Source of the DNA: Betaproteobacteria bacterium
GTDB lineage: Bacteria > Pseudomonadota > Gammaproteobacteria > Burkholderiales > SG8-41
Assembly (NCBI GenBank): GCA_032128415.1
Contig: JAQBGW010000165.1
Location: 1,481 to 65,480, forward strand
Length of the DNA: 64,000 bases
Direction: 5' to 3'
Part shown: one piece after another, positions 17,566 through 27,563 of the stretch
How the letters are laid out: the number at the start of each line of letters is the position of its first letter
How positions within the stretch are numbered: the stretch's first letter is position 1
Notes under the pieces: model-generated
The model's input: only the letters and a program-made list of their open reading frames with translations
Told to the model about the DNA's origin: nothing
Database searches by the model: none
Translations under genes and position numbers: made by a program

Positions 17566-19338
17566 CTAACGACCGAGTTCGCGGCGCGCAATGGCAATCT
17601 GCGCCGGATCCTTTGCATACTGCAGCAACCACTCGAACTGCACCCGCGCATCGGCACGCAGCCCGGCGCGCGCGAGTGCCAGCCCGGCGCGCAGCCGCGC
17701 ATCGGCTGCAGCGGCATCAGGCGTCGCGGCGCGCAGTGCCGAGCGCAGATGAAAATCCGCCGCGAGCAGCGACTCGTTGCGCGCCTCGTGCAAGCGGCCC
17801 ATGCCGGACAGCACTGCCCGTGCCAGCAATGGTTCGGCGTGCGGCAATACGCGTTCCAGCAACAGGCGTGCGCTGTCATGCTGGCCGTAATCGGCGTACT
17901 GCTGTGCGAGTACAGTCCAGGCCTGCGCCTGAATGCTGGTCATCGGTAATTTGTCAGCGCTCAGCCGACGGGCAATATCGTTGGCCATGTCAGCGCGGTC
18001 GGCGCGCAATGCCAGTGCCGCAAGGCGCATGCTCCATTCATCCACGGTGACGCCCGCGGGTACGGGTAGACCGCGCCAGTAATCCAGCGCCCGCGCCAGC
18101 TCCCCGGCCGCTACAGCGAGTTCACCCAGCGCATACCGTGCAGTCTCCCCGGGCGGCGCCAATCCAGCGGGCGCCGCGACTACCAGTCGCAGCCCTGCGC
18201 GCGGCAGTCGTGCGGCGGAAAATCCTGCAACGAGTTGCGCCAGCGCGCCTTCGCGTATCGGAGCTGCTCGCGCGCTGCGCGCGAGGTAGGCAAAATAGGC
18301 GCGCGCAAGCACCGGTTCCGCTACTCGCCGGCGCTGCGCAAATTCAAACCAGTCGGAGTCATCGCCGGCAAGCAGATGATGCGTATTGGCGGATTCGCGC
18401 GCGAGGGTGTCGTAAGCGTCCCACACTTGCGTAGCCGTTACTGTTAGTGCCTGCGGTGCTGACGCGTCGAGCAAATGTTCCAGCGCTTCGATGCCGAGCA
18501 CCGCAGACGGTTGACGCTGAGCCGCATCGAAAATTACGCGCCACCAACCTGTATCCGCAGCGCGGGATAGCGCAGCACGGGCCTGCACCACGGCTTCTTG
18601 CGGTTTGATCAGACCCGTAAGCAGGCGCAGGCGGAGCTTCACCGGGTGGCCGTCTTCCAGCAGTCCCAGCCAATCCACAGCTTCCTTGACGCGATCCAGA
18701 TCCAGCAAGGTATCGACAAATTCCTCCACAATCGCGGCAGTCAGCGGCTGGTAGTCCTGCTGGAAACGCAGCATGCTGCCGTAGGCCTCAAGTGAGCGGG
18801 ATTCGCGGGCATAGCTGCGGATGACCAGCAGCCGCAGATCGCGGATCTGGGCGCCCCGAAGGAAGTCCCCTTGGGGGACGCCCCGAAGGAAGTCCTCTTG
18901 TGGGGCGGAACTGACGCCCGGCGCCCACAGCGCCCGGGCAGCATATTCCCGCGCTGCGGCACCTTGCCCCATGGCCAGAGCCGACTGCGCGGCGAGCGCG
19001 TGCAGGTCAGTGCGCGCATCCGCCGGCAAATTCACCGGAAACACGGCAGCGCGTCTCAGCACTTCATCGTGGCGGTTGCTGCGGGCGAGCAGCTGCAGGC
19101 GCAGCCGCTCCCACTCCACCCAGGGCGCCCCGGAGGAAGTCCCCTTGGGGGGCGCCCCGGCAGTATCGCCGGGCTGCAGCTCATCCATGCGGTGCAGTGC
19201 AAGTTGCGTAGCACCCGCATGCATCAGCGCGCGGATTGCATCCAGACCATCGGGTGCGTCCGCTGCCATAGTTGCAGACGTTGCGTGCATGCTCAGGCAT
19301 GCCAGCATCCCGATGCGGATGTATTGCAAGCTGGTCAT
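17566..19338 (-). CDS. Exported alpha-helical (TPR-like) hypothetical protein
   Basis: Long ORF with signal-peptide-like N-terminus and Ala/Leu/Arg helical repeats; TACAAT lies 6 nt before the ATG at 19338. Confidence 0.65.
   Translation of the reverse strand: MTSLQYIRIGMLACLSMHATSATMAADAPDGLDAIRALMHAGATQLALHRMDELQPGDTAGAPPKGTSSGAPWVEWERLRLQLLARSNRHDEVLRRAAVFPVNLPADARTDLHALAAQSALAMGQGAAAREYAARALWAPGVSSAPQEDFLRGVPQGDFLRGAQIRDLRLLVIRSYARESRSLEAYGSMLRFQQDYQPLTAAIVEEFVDTLLDLDRVKEAVDWLGLLEDGHPVKLRLRLLTGLIKPQEAVVQARAALSRAADTGWWRVIFDAAQRQPSAVLGIEALEHLLDASAPQALTVTATQVWDAYDTLARESANTHHLLAGDDSDWFEFAQRRRVAEPVLARAYFAYLARSARAAPIREGALAQLVAGFSAARLPRAGLRLVVAAPAGLAPPGETARYALGELAVAAGELARALDYWRGLPVPAGVTVDEWSMRLAALALRADRADMANDIARRLSADKLPMTSIQAQAWTVLAQQYADYGQHDSARLLLERVLPHAEPLLARAVLSGMGRLHEARNESLLAADFHLRSALRAATPDAAAADARLRAGLALARAGLRADARVQFEWLLQYAKDPAQIAIARRELGR
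18852..18905. repeat. Two tandem copies of a 27-bp palindromic element inside the CDS
   Basis: CGCCCCGAAGGAAGTCCCCTTGGGGGA then CGCCCCGAAGGAAGTCCTCTTGTGGGG; encode PQEDFLRGV-PQGDFLRGA. Confidence 0.9.
19124..19158. repeat. Third copy of the 27-bp element, bounded by GGCGCCCC direct repeats
   Basis: GGCGCCCC-GGAGGAAGTCCCCTTGGGG-GGCGCCCC; read in another frame (GAPPKGTSSGAP). Confidence 0.88.
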
Positions 19339-19417
19339 GTGGTTATTGTAGCGGTGCCGCGTGTGCCGCGTGTGCTGCGGTGGTTGTGGGCACCCGGTCG
19401 AAAAAAGAGATCGCAAT

Positions 19418-19444
19418 AAAAAAGGCGGCCGTAGCCGCCTTTTT
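19418..19444. terminator. Bidirectional rho-independent terminator after rplS
   Basis: AAAAAAGGCGGC-CGTA-GCCGCCTTTTT. Confidence 0.88.
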
Positions 19445-19472
19445 GATATTCACGGAGTGAATTTCTGCAGAA

Positions 19473-19880
19473 CTATTCCGCCGCCGGCGCCGGCGCCTCT
19501 TCCAGTATGGCTTCAACAGGAACTCTGCTCGTCAGTTTCTCCTTAATGCGCGCCGCTTTGCCCGACAGCCCGCGCAGGTAATAGAGCTTCGCGCGACCGA
19601 CGTCACCGCGACGCTTGATCTCGATGGTGGCAATCCCCGGGGAATAGGTCTGGAACGTCCGCTCGACGCCCTCGCCGGAAGATATCTTACGCACGATGAA
19701 CGATGAATTGATGCCGCGATTGCGCTTGGCGATCACCACCCCTTCATACGCCTGCACACGCTTGCGCTCGCCCTCGACCACGTTGACGCTGACGATAACT
19801 GTGTCGCCCGTGGTGAATGCCGGAATCTTGCGGCCCAGACGCTTGATTTCTTCCTGCTCCAGCTTCTGAATCATGTTCAT
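19473..19880 (-). CDS. rplS: 50S ribosomal protein L19
   Basis: [39 protein letters not shown] spacing favours the second ATG. Confidence 0.98.
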   Translation of the reverse strand: MNMIQKLEQEEIKRLGRKIPAFTTGDTVIVSVNVVEGERKRVQAYEGVVIAKRNRGINSSFIVRKISSGEGVERTFQTYSPGIATIEIKRRGDVGRAKLYYLRGLSGKAARIKEKLTSRVPVEAILEEAPAPAAE

Positions 19881-19929
19881 GCTCATACTCCTTCAAAACT
19901 TGGTGCGTACGCCGTCATGGCGTCCGCGG

Positions 19930-20712
19930 TTAATCTGTCTTCTCGACCTGCTTCATATTTCCGGTCAGTTCCTGCCGGTATTCCTCCAACAACCCACGTT
20001 CCTCCGTACTGAGCGCCCGCCGTTCCAGCAGATCCGGCCGGCGCTGCCACGTACGTCCCAACGCCTGCTTCAATCGCCAGCGTCCAATCTCGGCATGATT
20101 GCCCGACAACAACACCGCCGGCACCGCCACATCCGCATACACCTCCGGGCGTGTGTAATGCGGGCAATCGAGCAATCCATCCACAAATGAATCCTGGTTC
20201 GCCGACTCGGCATCGCCGAGTGCTCCCGGCAACTGCCGCACCACGCAATCCATCAACACCATCGCCGCCAGTTCGCCACCGCTCAACACATAGTCGCCGA
20301 TGGAAATTTCCTCGATCGGCAGCTGCCCGACGACCCGTTCATCCACCCCTTCGTAACGCCCGGCGAGCAGCACTATGCCCGGCACCCGCGCCAGTTCCAC
20401 CACTGCGGTGTGATCCAGCATCCGTCCCTGCGGCGTCAAATGCACCAGCCGCGGTTGCGATACACCCGCACTGATCTGCCGTTGGCGCGCCGCCTGCAAC
20501 GCTTTACCCAGCGGCTCCGCCATCATCACCATCCCGGGACCGCCGCCGTACGGCCGGTCATCCACGGTGCGGTGCGCATTCGTCGCAAAATCGCGCGGAT
20601 TCCACGCCACAAACTGATACAGCCCGCGCTCCCGCGCCCGGCCGGTGATTCCCAATTCCGTCACCCCATCGAACATCGCGGGAAACAGCGTGACAACATC
20701 AAACTGCAGCAT
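19930..20712 (-). CDS. trmD: tRNA (guanine-N1)-methyltransferase
   Basis: [38 protein letters not shown]. Confidence 0.98.
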   Translation of the reverse strand: MLQFDVVTLFPAMFDGVTELGITGRARERGLYQFVAWNPRDFATNAHRTVDDRPYGGGPGMVMMAEPLGKALQAARQRQISAGVSQPRLVHLTPQGRMLDHTAVVELARVPGIVLLAGRYEGVDERVVGQLPIEEISIGDYVLSGGELAAMVLMDCVVRQLPGALGDAESANQDSFVDGLLDCPHYTRPEVYADVAVPAVLLSGNHAEIGRWRLKQALGRTWQRRPDLLERRALSTEERGLLEEYRQELTGNMKQVEKTD

Positions 20713-21272
20713 CAGTAGTCCGCTTCCCAATCCACCACAATGACACCGCCGGCAAGATCAACCTTGCGGATTACCGGGCCGATGAACGGCAACAGTCGTT
20801 CGTGCTCACCTGCCACCTTATCTGCCACTTTGTCTGCCACCTTGTCTGCCGCCTTATCCTCCACCACCAACACATCATTGGCGCCGGTCTCGAAAACCCG
20901 GGATACCTTGCCCAACGTCACGCCCGCCGTATTGATCACTGCGAGACCGACCAGATCAGACCAGTAATACTCGTTTTCGCCGACTTCCGGAAAAACATCA
21001 CGGGACACTGCAACCCGCTGTCCCTGCAGCGCTGCCGCCTGCTCCCGGTCGGCAATGCCTTCCAGCTTTGCCACCACCGTAGCGCCATGCTGCTTTGCAG
21101 ACTCGACGACTCGTGGTTGCCAGTCGCCGTCCTTTCCCATTTGCCAGACCGCGTACTGCAGTAGTCCTAGCGGTGTTTCGGTAAAGGGCTGTAGTTTGAT
21201 CCAGCCCTTGACCCCGTAGGGGGCGACGACGCGCCCCATGACCACCAGCCGCTCAGGCGGCCTTTGGCTCAC
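20712..21272 (-). CDS. rimM: Ribosome maturation factor RimM
   Basis: [35 protein letters not shown]; operon position. Confidence 0.97.
   Translation of the reverse strand: MSQRPPERLVVMGRVVAPYGVKGWIKLQPFTETPLGLLQYAVWQMGKDGDWQPRVVESAKQHGATVVAKLEGIADREQAAALQGQRVAVSRDVFPEVGENEYYWSDLVGLAVINTAGVTLGKVSRVFETGANDVLVVEDKAADKVADKVADKVAGEHERLLPFIGPVIRKVDLAGGVIVVDWEADY
20811..20858. repeat. 12-bp tandem repeat x4 inside rimM
   Basis: TGCCACCTTATC / TGCCACTTTGTC / TGCCACCTTGTC / TGCCGCCTTATC, encoding [16 protein letters not shown]. Confidence 0.9.
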
Positions 21273-21507
21273 CAGCCTGCTTGACGAGCCGGGTCACCGT
21301 GTCGGAGAGCAACGCGCCCTTGCTCTGCCAAAACGCGATGCGTTCGCGGTTGATGCGCAAACGCTCGGTGCCCTCGGGCGCCTTGGGATTGTAGAATCCC
21401 AGACGTTCGAGGAAGCGGCCGTCACGCGCAAAACGCGAGTCAGCAGCAACCAGATTGAAGAACGGGCGCTTTTTGGCACCCCCACGTGCTAAACGGATAA
21501 CGACCAT
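21253..21507 (-). CDS. rpsP: 30S ribosomal protein S16
   Basis: [30 protein letters not shown]. Confidence 0.99.
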   Translation of the reverse strand: MVVIRLARGGAKKRPFFNLVAADSRFARDGRFLERLGFYNPKAPEGTERLRINRERIAFWQSKGALLSDTVTRLVKQAGEPKAA

Positions 21508-21662
21508 GATAAAAATTCCTGTCGACAGGAAATGTCGAAAGGGGCGGATTTTACGCTAGTTTTTCACTTACACGCAACAAAAGCGGGCGTCTGCAGCGTT
21601 TCCGGGATGACTGGGGGCTGCGCGCGAAAATATTATTTAACTTATTGATTTTTAACATATTT

Positions 21663-22514
21663 ATGACAAATTCCGAGATCGCCCCCAGCGCCCGTATCAA
21701 CACCGCACTGCATACCCGCTTCGGTGAGGATTACAACCCCGGCGCAGCACAACCAGGTCTCGCTGATCTGGCGCGAATTGCCGAACATCGGTCGATCCGG
21801 CGTTATGCCACCACCCCCATTGCGCCGGAGTTATTGCGGTTGTTATTCGCCTGCGCCCTCTCGGCGCCGACTAAAAGCGACCTGCAGCAGGCCGACATCA
21901 TCCATGTCGTCGACGCCGCCAAGCGTCAGCGCATCGTCGCCACGATCCCCGACATGCAATGGATACTCGATGCGCCGGTGTTCCTGGTGTTCTGCGGCAA
22001 CAACCGCCGCATCCGCCATATCGGCGCCTGGCGCGACAAGCCGTTCGCGAACGAGCATCTCGATCACTTCATGAATGCTGCGGTAGATGCCGGCATTGTC
22101 ATGATGAATTTCATCCGCGCTGCCGAAGCTGCCGGTTTGGGTACTTGCCCGATCAGCGCCGTCCGCAATGCCGTCGCTGCCGTGAGCAGCGAGCTGGCCC
22201 TGCCCGAGGGCGTATTTCCACTGGCGGGACTCTGCGTAGGGTATCCGGCGACGCCGGGTCACATCAGCCCGCGACTGCCGCTGGCGGCCACGGTACATAC
22301 CGACCGCTACGACGAAACCCGGTTACGCGAGCAGGTCGATGCCTACGACCAGCGGCGACACGCCAATCATCCATACGCAAAACAACGGCGTACCGCGCAG
22401 TTCGGCAAAGCTGAGTTTTATGGCTGGTCAGAGGACAAGGCCCGGCAATATGCTGAGCCGGAACGGGCGGACTTCGGCGCTTATATCCGGCGTCAGGGAT
22501 TCAGCCTCAAGTAA
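21663..22514 (+). CDS. Nitroreductase family FMN-dependent oxidoreductase (NfsA/NfrA-like)
   Basis: HRSIRRY, SAPTKSDLQ, AEAAGLGTCPI, GLCVGYP, PRLP. Confidence 0.88.
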   Translation: MTNSEIAPSARINTALHTRFGEDYNPGAAQPGLADLARIAEHRSIRRYATTPIAPELLRLLFACALSAPTKSDLQQADIIHVVDAAKRQRIVATIPDMQWILDAPVFLVFCGNNRRIRHIGAWRDKPFANEHLDHFMNAAVDAGIVMMNFIRAAEAAGLGTCPISAVRNAVAAVSSELALPEGVFPLAGLCVGYPATPGHISPRLPLAATVHTDRYDETRLREQVDAYDQRRHANHPYAKQRRTAQFGKAEFYGWSEDKARQYAEPERADFGAYIRRQGFSLK

Positions 22515-22535
22515 CTGACCCGCCCGGCGCGCTAC

Positions 22536-23888
22536 TCAGCGCGCGCCCGGAAACATGCCCTTCATCGAACGCATCATTTTCGCCATGCCACCCTTGGCGA
22601 CCATCTTCATCATCTTCTGTGTCTGCTCAAACTGACTGAGCAGACGGTTCACTTCCTGCACGCTGACACCCGCTCCCGCGGCGATGCGACGCTTGCGTGT
22701 TGCCTTGAGCAGTTCAGGTTTGGCGCGCTCCAGCGGCGTCATTGAGTTGATGATGCCCTCCAGCCGGCGGATCGTTTTGTCGTCCATCTGCGGCGCGCTT
22801 TGTGCCGCCTGTGCCAGTTGCGCAGGCAATTTGTCCATCAGCGCGCTCATGCCACCCATCTTGCGCATCTGCATGACCTGTTGCTTGAAATCATCAAGAT
22901 CAAAACCCTTGCCGCTCTTGACCTTGCGCGCAAATTTCTCGGCTTCCGCGTGATCCACCGACTTTTGGACATCTTCGATCAGCGACAACACGTCGCCCAT
23001 GCCGAGTATGCGCGACGCCATGCGATCGGGATGGAAGGCCTCCAGCCCGGTCAGTTTTTCGCCGACACCGGCAAACTTGACTGGTTTCCCGGTGACATGG
23101 CGCACCGATAGCGCCGCGCCGCCACGCGCATCGCCGTCGAGTTTGGTCAGAATCACGCCGGTCAGCGGCAATGCATCACCAAACGCTTTGGCAACATTGA
23201 CTGCGTCCTGACCCTGCATCGCATCAACCACGAACAGTGTTTCAATTGGGTTGAGCGCCGCGTGCAATTCGCGGATTTCCCGCATCATCGCCTCATCGAT
23301 CGCCAGTCGCCCTGCGGTATCAACGATCAACACGTCGTGAAAATGCGTGCGCGCGTATTGCAGCGCGCCCTGCGCAATCGCTACGGGTAATGCATCAACC
23401 GGCGCCGCATGAAAATCTGCATCGACCTGCCCGGCAACAATCTTCAATTGCTCAATCGCCGCAGGGCGGTACACGTCGCAACTTGTCAACAACACTTTTT
23501 TCCGCTGCTCGGTGCGCAACCAGTGCGCCAGTTTGCCCGCGGTAGTGGTCTTGCCCGCGCCCTGCAGACCGGCTAGCAGGATGACTGCGGGCGGTTGAGC
23601 GGCCAGATTGAGCGACTCGTTATGCTCGCCCATCAGGCTGACGAGCTCGCGATGCACGACGCCGACCAGCGCCTGCCCCGGTGTCAGACTGCCGATGACT
23701 TCCTGACCGACCGCCTTTTCACGTACTCGGTCGATGAACGTGCGGACCACCGGCAGCGCAACGTCGGCCTCCAGCAACGCGACGCGGACTTCACGCAAGG
23801 CGTCCTGGATATTGCTGTCCGTCAGGCGCGCTTCGCCACGCAGCGTCTTGACGACGCGTGACAGCCGCCCGGTGAGGTTGTCGAACAT
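22536..23888 (-). CDS. ffh: Signal recognition particle protein
   Basis: MFDNL, GLQGAGKTT, DTAGR, TKLDGDARGG, Met-rich M domain. Confidence 0.99.
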   Translation of the reverse strand: MFDNLTGRLSRVVKTLRGEARLTDSNIQDALREVRVALLEADVALPVVRTFIDRVREKAVGQEVIGSLTPGQALVGVVHRELVSLMGEHNESLNLAAQPPAVILLAGLQGAGKTTTAGKLAHWLRTEQRKKVLLTSCDVYRPAAIEQLKIVAGQVDADFHAAPVDALPVAIAQGALQYARTHFHDVLIVDTAGRLAIDEAMMREIRELHAALNPIETLFVVDAMQGQDAVNVAKAFGDALPLTGVILTKLDGDARGGAALSVRHVTGKPVKFAGVGEKLTGLEAFHPDRMASRILGMGDVLSLIEDVQKSVDHAEAEKFARKVKSGKGFDLDDFKQQVMQMRKMGGMSALMDKLPAQLAQAAQSAPQMDDKTIRRLEGIINSMTPLERAKPELLKATRKRRIAAGAGVSVQEVNRLLSQFEQTQKMMKMVAKGGMAKMMRSMKGMFPGAR

Positions 23889-23916
23889 GGGGTGTGCGTT
23901 CGGGTAAACTTGAAAG

Positions 23917-24744
23917 ATGAAAGACATTTTACCGTATCTGATCAGCGCGCTTCTTTACGCAGCGATGGCGGTCTACTTCTGGCGGCTGCACTGGTCGATG
24001 GCGGACGCAGCTCCGGTATCGCAGGCGCCATCCACCGCAGAGCGCATCGGCGTGCTGATTGCGCTCGGCGTGCATGCCGGCGCGTTGTTCGGGGTGATGT
24101 TTTCGGGAAATACGCTGCGCATCGGCGTTGGTGATGCGGTTTCCACCATCCTCTGGCTGACGGTACTGATCTACTGGCTGGGCGGCCTGTTCTACCGCCT
24201 TGAGGGATTGCAGGCACTGATCATGCCGATCGCGGCGGTCGCGGCTTTGCTGCCTGTTCTGTGGCCGGCCGCGCGGCCGCTGCCCAACACCGAACTGCTT
24301 GCTTTCAAGCTGCATCTGGTCATTTCGATGCTCGCTTACAGCCTGTTTACAATCGCCTCGCTGCACGTACTGCTGATGACTATGCTGGAACGCAAGCTGC
24401 ACCAGGGCGCGCTGCCAGCAGGCCTGCGCCGGCTGCCGGCTCTGCTGACCATGGAAACGTTGTTGTTCCGCATCATCTGGGCAGGGTTTGTCATGCTGTC
24501 ACTGACACTGGCCAGCGGCATGGTGTTCTCAGAGGAAGTCTTCGGCAAAGCCGCGCAATTCAATCACAAAACAATTTTCGGCATCGTGTCCTGGTTGGTG
24601 TTCGGTGCGCTGTTGTTTGGTCGCCATTTTTACGGATGGCGCGGCCGCACTGCCGTGCGCTGGACACTATCCGGTTTCCTGCTGCTCGTACTGGCTTATC
24701 TGGGCAGCAAATTCGTCGTCGAAGTCCTGCTCGGGCGAAGCTGA
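23917..24744 (+). CDS. ypjD: Inner membrane protein YpjD (cytochrome c assembly/CcsA-like family)
   Basis: Multi-TM protein with NHKT, GWRG, LAYLGSKFV; conserved divergent position to ffh. Confidence 0.88.
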   Translation: MKDILPYLISALLYAAMAVYFWRLHWSMADAAPVSQAPSTAERIGVLIALGVHAGALFGVMFSGNTLRIGVGDAVSTILWLTVLIYWLGGLFYRLEGLQALIMPIAAVAALLPVLWPAARPLPNTELLAFKLHLVISMLAYSLFTIASLHVLLMTMLERKLHQGALPAGLRRLPALLTMETLLFRIIWAGFVMLSLTLASGMVFSEEVFGKAAQFNHKTIFGIVSWLVFGALLFGRHFYGWRGRTAVRWTLSGFLLLVLAYLGSKFVVEVLLGRS

Positions 24745-24806
24745 CGGGCGGCGTCGTTCCGACACCGGCTTCAGTTCTGCCGTTCTGGTTACCGTGAGGT
24801 GTACAC

Positions 24807-26102
24807 ATGGAAGTATTGCTACTCACTTTTCTGATCCTGCTTAACGGCGCTTTCGCAATGTCTGAAGTCGCGTTGCTGACAGCCCGCCGCTCGCGGCTGA
24901 CCATGCTCGCGCATCGAGGAGACAAACTCGCAGCGGCCGCAGTAAAACTCAGCGCCGAGCCAACACGATTTCTCTCGACGGTGCAGATCGGCATCACGTC
25001 GATCGGCCTGCTCAACGGCATCGTCGGCGAAGCGATCTTCGCTCCACCGTTTGCAGAATGGTTGCAGGCACAGGGGCTGGAGACGAAATTCAGCGGGGTG
25101 CTGGCCACTCTGGTGGTTGTCGCTTGCATCACCTACATCTCCATCGTTCTCGGTGAAATCGTGCCTAAACGCCTCGGCCAGCACAGCGCCGAGAATATCG
25201 CCCGCCTGGTGGCGTGGCCGATGCGTGTACTTGCCTGGATTACCGCCCCCTTCGTGCACCTGCTGACGATATCCACAGACGCCGTGCTCAAGCTTGCACT
25301 GAGGATATTTCGCCTGCAGCCACAGGATTCCGGGCCGCAGCCGCTGTCGATCGACGAGATTCGTACCATCGTGCTCGAATCATCCAACGTGATGCCGAAA
25401 AAACACGCCTCGGTGCTGCTCAATCTGCTGGAAATCGGCTCCATCACCGTGGACGATGTGATGATCCCGCGCAACCAGCTCGAAGCCGTTGACCTGGATC
25501 TGCCGATTGAAGAACTGGAACAGCAATTGTCTACCGCTCATCACCGGCGCGTTGTCGTTTATCAGGATCAGCTCGACAATGTGATCGGCACCATGCGCGT
25601 GCGCCATGCGCTGACGCTGATCCAGCGCGATGAGCTGACCCGCGAAAGTCTCCGGGAAATGATCCGCGAACCCTATTTTGTACCCTCGTCAACACCTTTG
25701 CTGTCACAGATTCAGAATTTCCAGGAACAACAGGATCGCGTCAGTCTAGTGGTTGATGAATACGGGGAAATCATGGGCCTGGTGACGCTGGAGGACATAC
25801 TCGAGGAGATCATCGGCGAATTCACCACCCAGTCACCGCTGATGACACGGGGGCTGACGCGGCAATCGGACGGCAGCTATCTGGTCGAAGGCAGCACCCT
25901 GCTGCGGGAACTCAACCGCAAGCTGAACCTGGAATTTCCGCTGGACGGGCCAAAAACACTTAACGGCTTGATTCTGGAGCATTTACAGGATATTCCGGAG
26001 CCGAATACCAGTGTCCGCATCGCCGGATATCCACTGGAAATTGTGCAAACCCAGGATCGCGTCATCAAAAGTGTGCGAATTACCCCGCCGCCCCGCCCCT
26101 GA
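24807..26102 (+). CDS. CNNM/HlyC-CorC family transporter (DUF21-CBS-CBS-CorC)
   Basis: FAMSE, GEIVPK, VMIPR, VVDEYG, LEDILEEIIGE, PKTLNGLILE. Confidence 0.93.
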   Translation: MEVLLLTFLILLNGAFAMSEVALLTARRSRLTMLAHRGDKLAAAAVKLSAEPTRFLSTVQIGITSIGLLNGIVGEAIFAPPFAEWLQAQGLETKFSGVLATLVVVACITYISIVLGEIVPKRLGQHSAENIARLVAWPMRVLAWITAPFVHLLTISTDAVLKLALRIFRLQPQDSGPQPLSIDEIRTIVLESSNVMPKKHASVLLNLLEIGSITVDDVMIPRNQLEAVDLDLPIEELEQQLSTAHHRRVVVYQDQLDNVIGTMRVRHALTLIQRDELTRESLREMIREPYFVPSSTPLLSQIQNFQEQQDRVSLVVDEYGEIMGLVTLEDILEEIIGEFTTQSPLMTRGLTRQSDGSYLVEGSTLLRELNRKLNLEFPLDGPKTLNGLILEHLQDIPEPNTSVRIAGYPLEIVQTQDRVIKSVRITPPPRP

Positions 26103-26216
26103 GTCTGCTGCCGCAGGGTGTGTCGCACAGCCTTTACAAAGCGCCGCTGGAAAGGCATGATTCCCTGAATAACAACTCGTAACCTATTGGTTATTGAGAG
26201 ATTTTGGAGGTCTGCC

Positions 26217-27446
26217 ATGGCAACCGCAACTGCTGCCGCACGCAAAACACAAATCAAAGAGTTCACCTTCCGCTGGGTTGGCCAGGATCGTGCCGGGAAA
26301 ACCGTACGCGGCGAAATTCAAGCCAGCGGCGAAGCTCAGGTCAATGCCACTCTGCGCCGTCAGGGCATCAAAATCGTCGAAGTCAAAAAACAGCGCATAG
26401 GTACTGGCGGATCGGTATCCGATAAGGACATCACATTGTTTACCCGCCAACTGGCAACGATGATGAAAGCCGGCGTGCCGCTGTTGCAGTCTTTTGACAT
26501 CGTTGGCAAGGGCCACAGCAATCCGGCCGTTGCCCGTCTGCTGATGGCCATCAAGACCGACGTCGAAACCGGCACGTCCCTGAAACAGGCTTTCGAGAAA
26601 CATCCGCTGCATTTCGATGCGCTGTTCTGCAACCTGGTGGGCGCCGGCGAAGCTGCCGGTATTCTGGAAAGCCTGCTCGACCGGCTGGCCACCTACAAGG
26701 AAAAAATTCAAGGCATCAAGGCCAAGATCAAGTCCGCGCTTTTTTATCCGATCGCCATTATCGTGGTCGCCGTGGTCATTACTGCAATCATCATGATTTT
26801 CGTGATTCCGGCGTTTAAGGAAGTGTTCAAGAGTTTCGGCGCCGATCTGCCAACGCCGACGCTGATCGTGATGGCGATGTCGGATTTTGTCGTCGCCAAC
26901 TGGTTTGTCCTCTTCGGCGGAGCTGGCGCTGCAATCTACGCTTTTTTCTGGACCTGGAAACGTTCGGAAAAAATGCAGATGATCATGGATCGTTTAACCC
27001 TGAAAATTCCGATTTTCGGTGACCTGATCCGCAAATCATCTATCGCCCGCTGGACACGCACGCTGTCAACGATGTTTGCCGCCGGCGTGCCCCTGGTCGA
27101 AGCACTCGGCTCCGTAGCCGGCGCATCAGGGAATTACGTCTACTTTGTAGCCACCAAGAAAATCCAGGCCGAGGTGTCCACCGGCTCCAGCCTTACGTCG
27201 TCCATGCAGGGCACCGAAGTGTTCCCGAGCATGGTGATCCAGATGGTCATGATCGGCGAGGAAGCCGGCTCACTGGACGCGATGCTGGGCAAAGTGGCTG
27301 ACTTCTTCGAACAGGAAGTCGATGACACCGTGGAAGCACTGGCCAGCCTGATGGAACCGATGATCATGGTGGTGCTGGGCACGCTGATCGGCGGCATGGT
27401 CATTGCCATGTATCTGCCGATTTTCAAACTGGGTGCCGCGGTATAA
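26217..27446 (+). CDS. pilC: Type IV pilus inner membrane platform protein (T2SSF family)
   Basis: FTRQLATMMKAGVPL, GEAAG, MYLPIFKLG; GGAGG RBS. Confidence 0.96.
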   Translation: MATATAAARKTQIKEFTFRWVGQDRAGKTVRGEIQASGEAQVNATLRRQGIKIVEVKKQRIGTGGSVSDKDITLFTRQLATMMKAGVPLLQSFDIVGKGHSNPAVARLLMAIKTDVETGTSLKQAFEKHPLHFDALFCNLVGAGEAAGILESLLDRLATYKEKIQGIKAKIKSALFYPIAIIVVAVVITAIIMIFVIPAFKEVFKSFGADLPTPTLIVMAMSDFVVANWFVLFGGAGAAIYAFFWTWKRSEKMQMIMDRLTLKIPIFGDLIRKSSIARWTRTLSTMFAAGVPLVEALGSVAGASGNYVYFVATKKIQAEVSTGSSLTSSMQGTEVFPSMVIQMVMIGEEAGSLDAMLGKVADFFEQEVDDTVEALASLMEPMIMVVLGTLIGGMVIAMYLPIFKLGAAV

Positions 27447-27464
27447 CTCTGCGCGCGTGCGCAT

Positions 27465-27489
27465 ATCGGCGCCGCGAGGCGCCGGTTTT
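27465..27489 (+). terminator. Terminator-like hairpin after pilC
   Basis: ATCGGCGCC-GCGA-GGCGCCGGT followed by a short T run. Confidence 0.55.
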
Positions 27490-27563
27490 GGCTGCAACGC
27501 TGCTCACGCGGTATTTCATTTGTCAGCAGGCTTGATGCCCTCCGCATTTGAACGGTAATCGCC

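Noticed and set aside
18852..19158. CRISPR array interpretation of the 27-bp repeats
   Set aside because: Two copies are directly adjacent with no spacer, the third is about 220 bp away, all lie in a CDS, and there are no cas genes.
19930..21272. Apparent G/T-rich codon skew in trmD-rimM suggesting foreign origin
   Set aside because: Seen only by eye and not quantified; the operon order is canonical, so there is no evidence for transfer.
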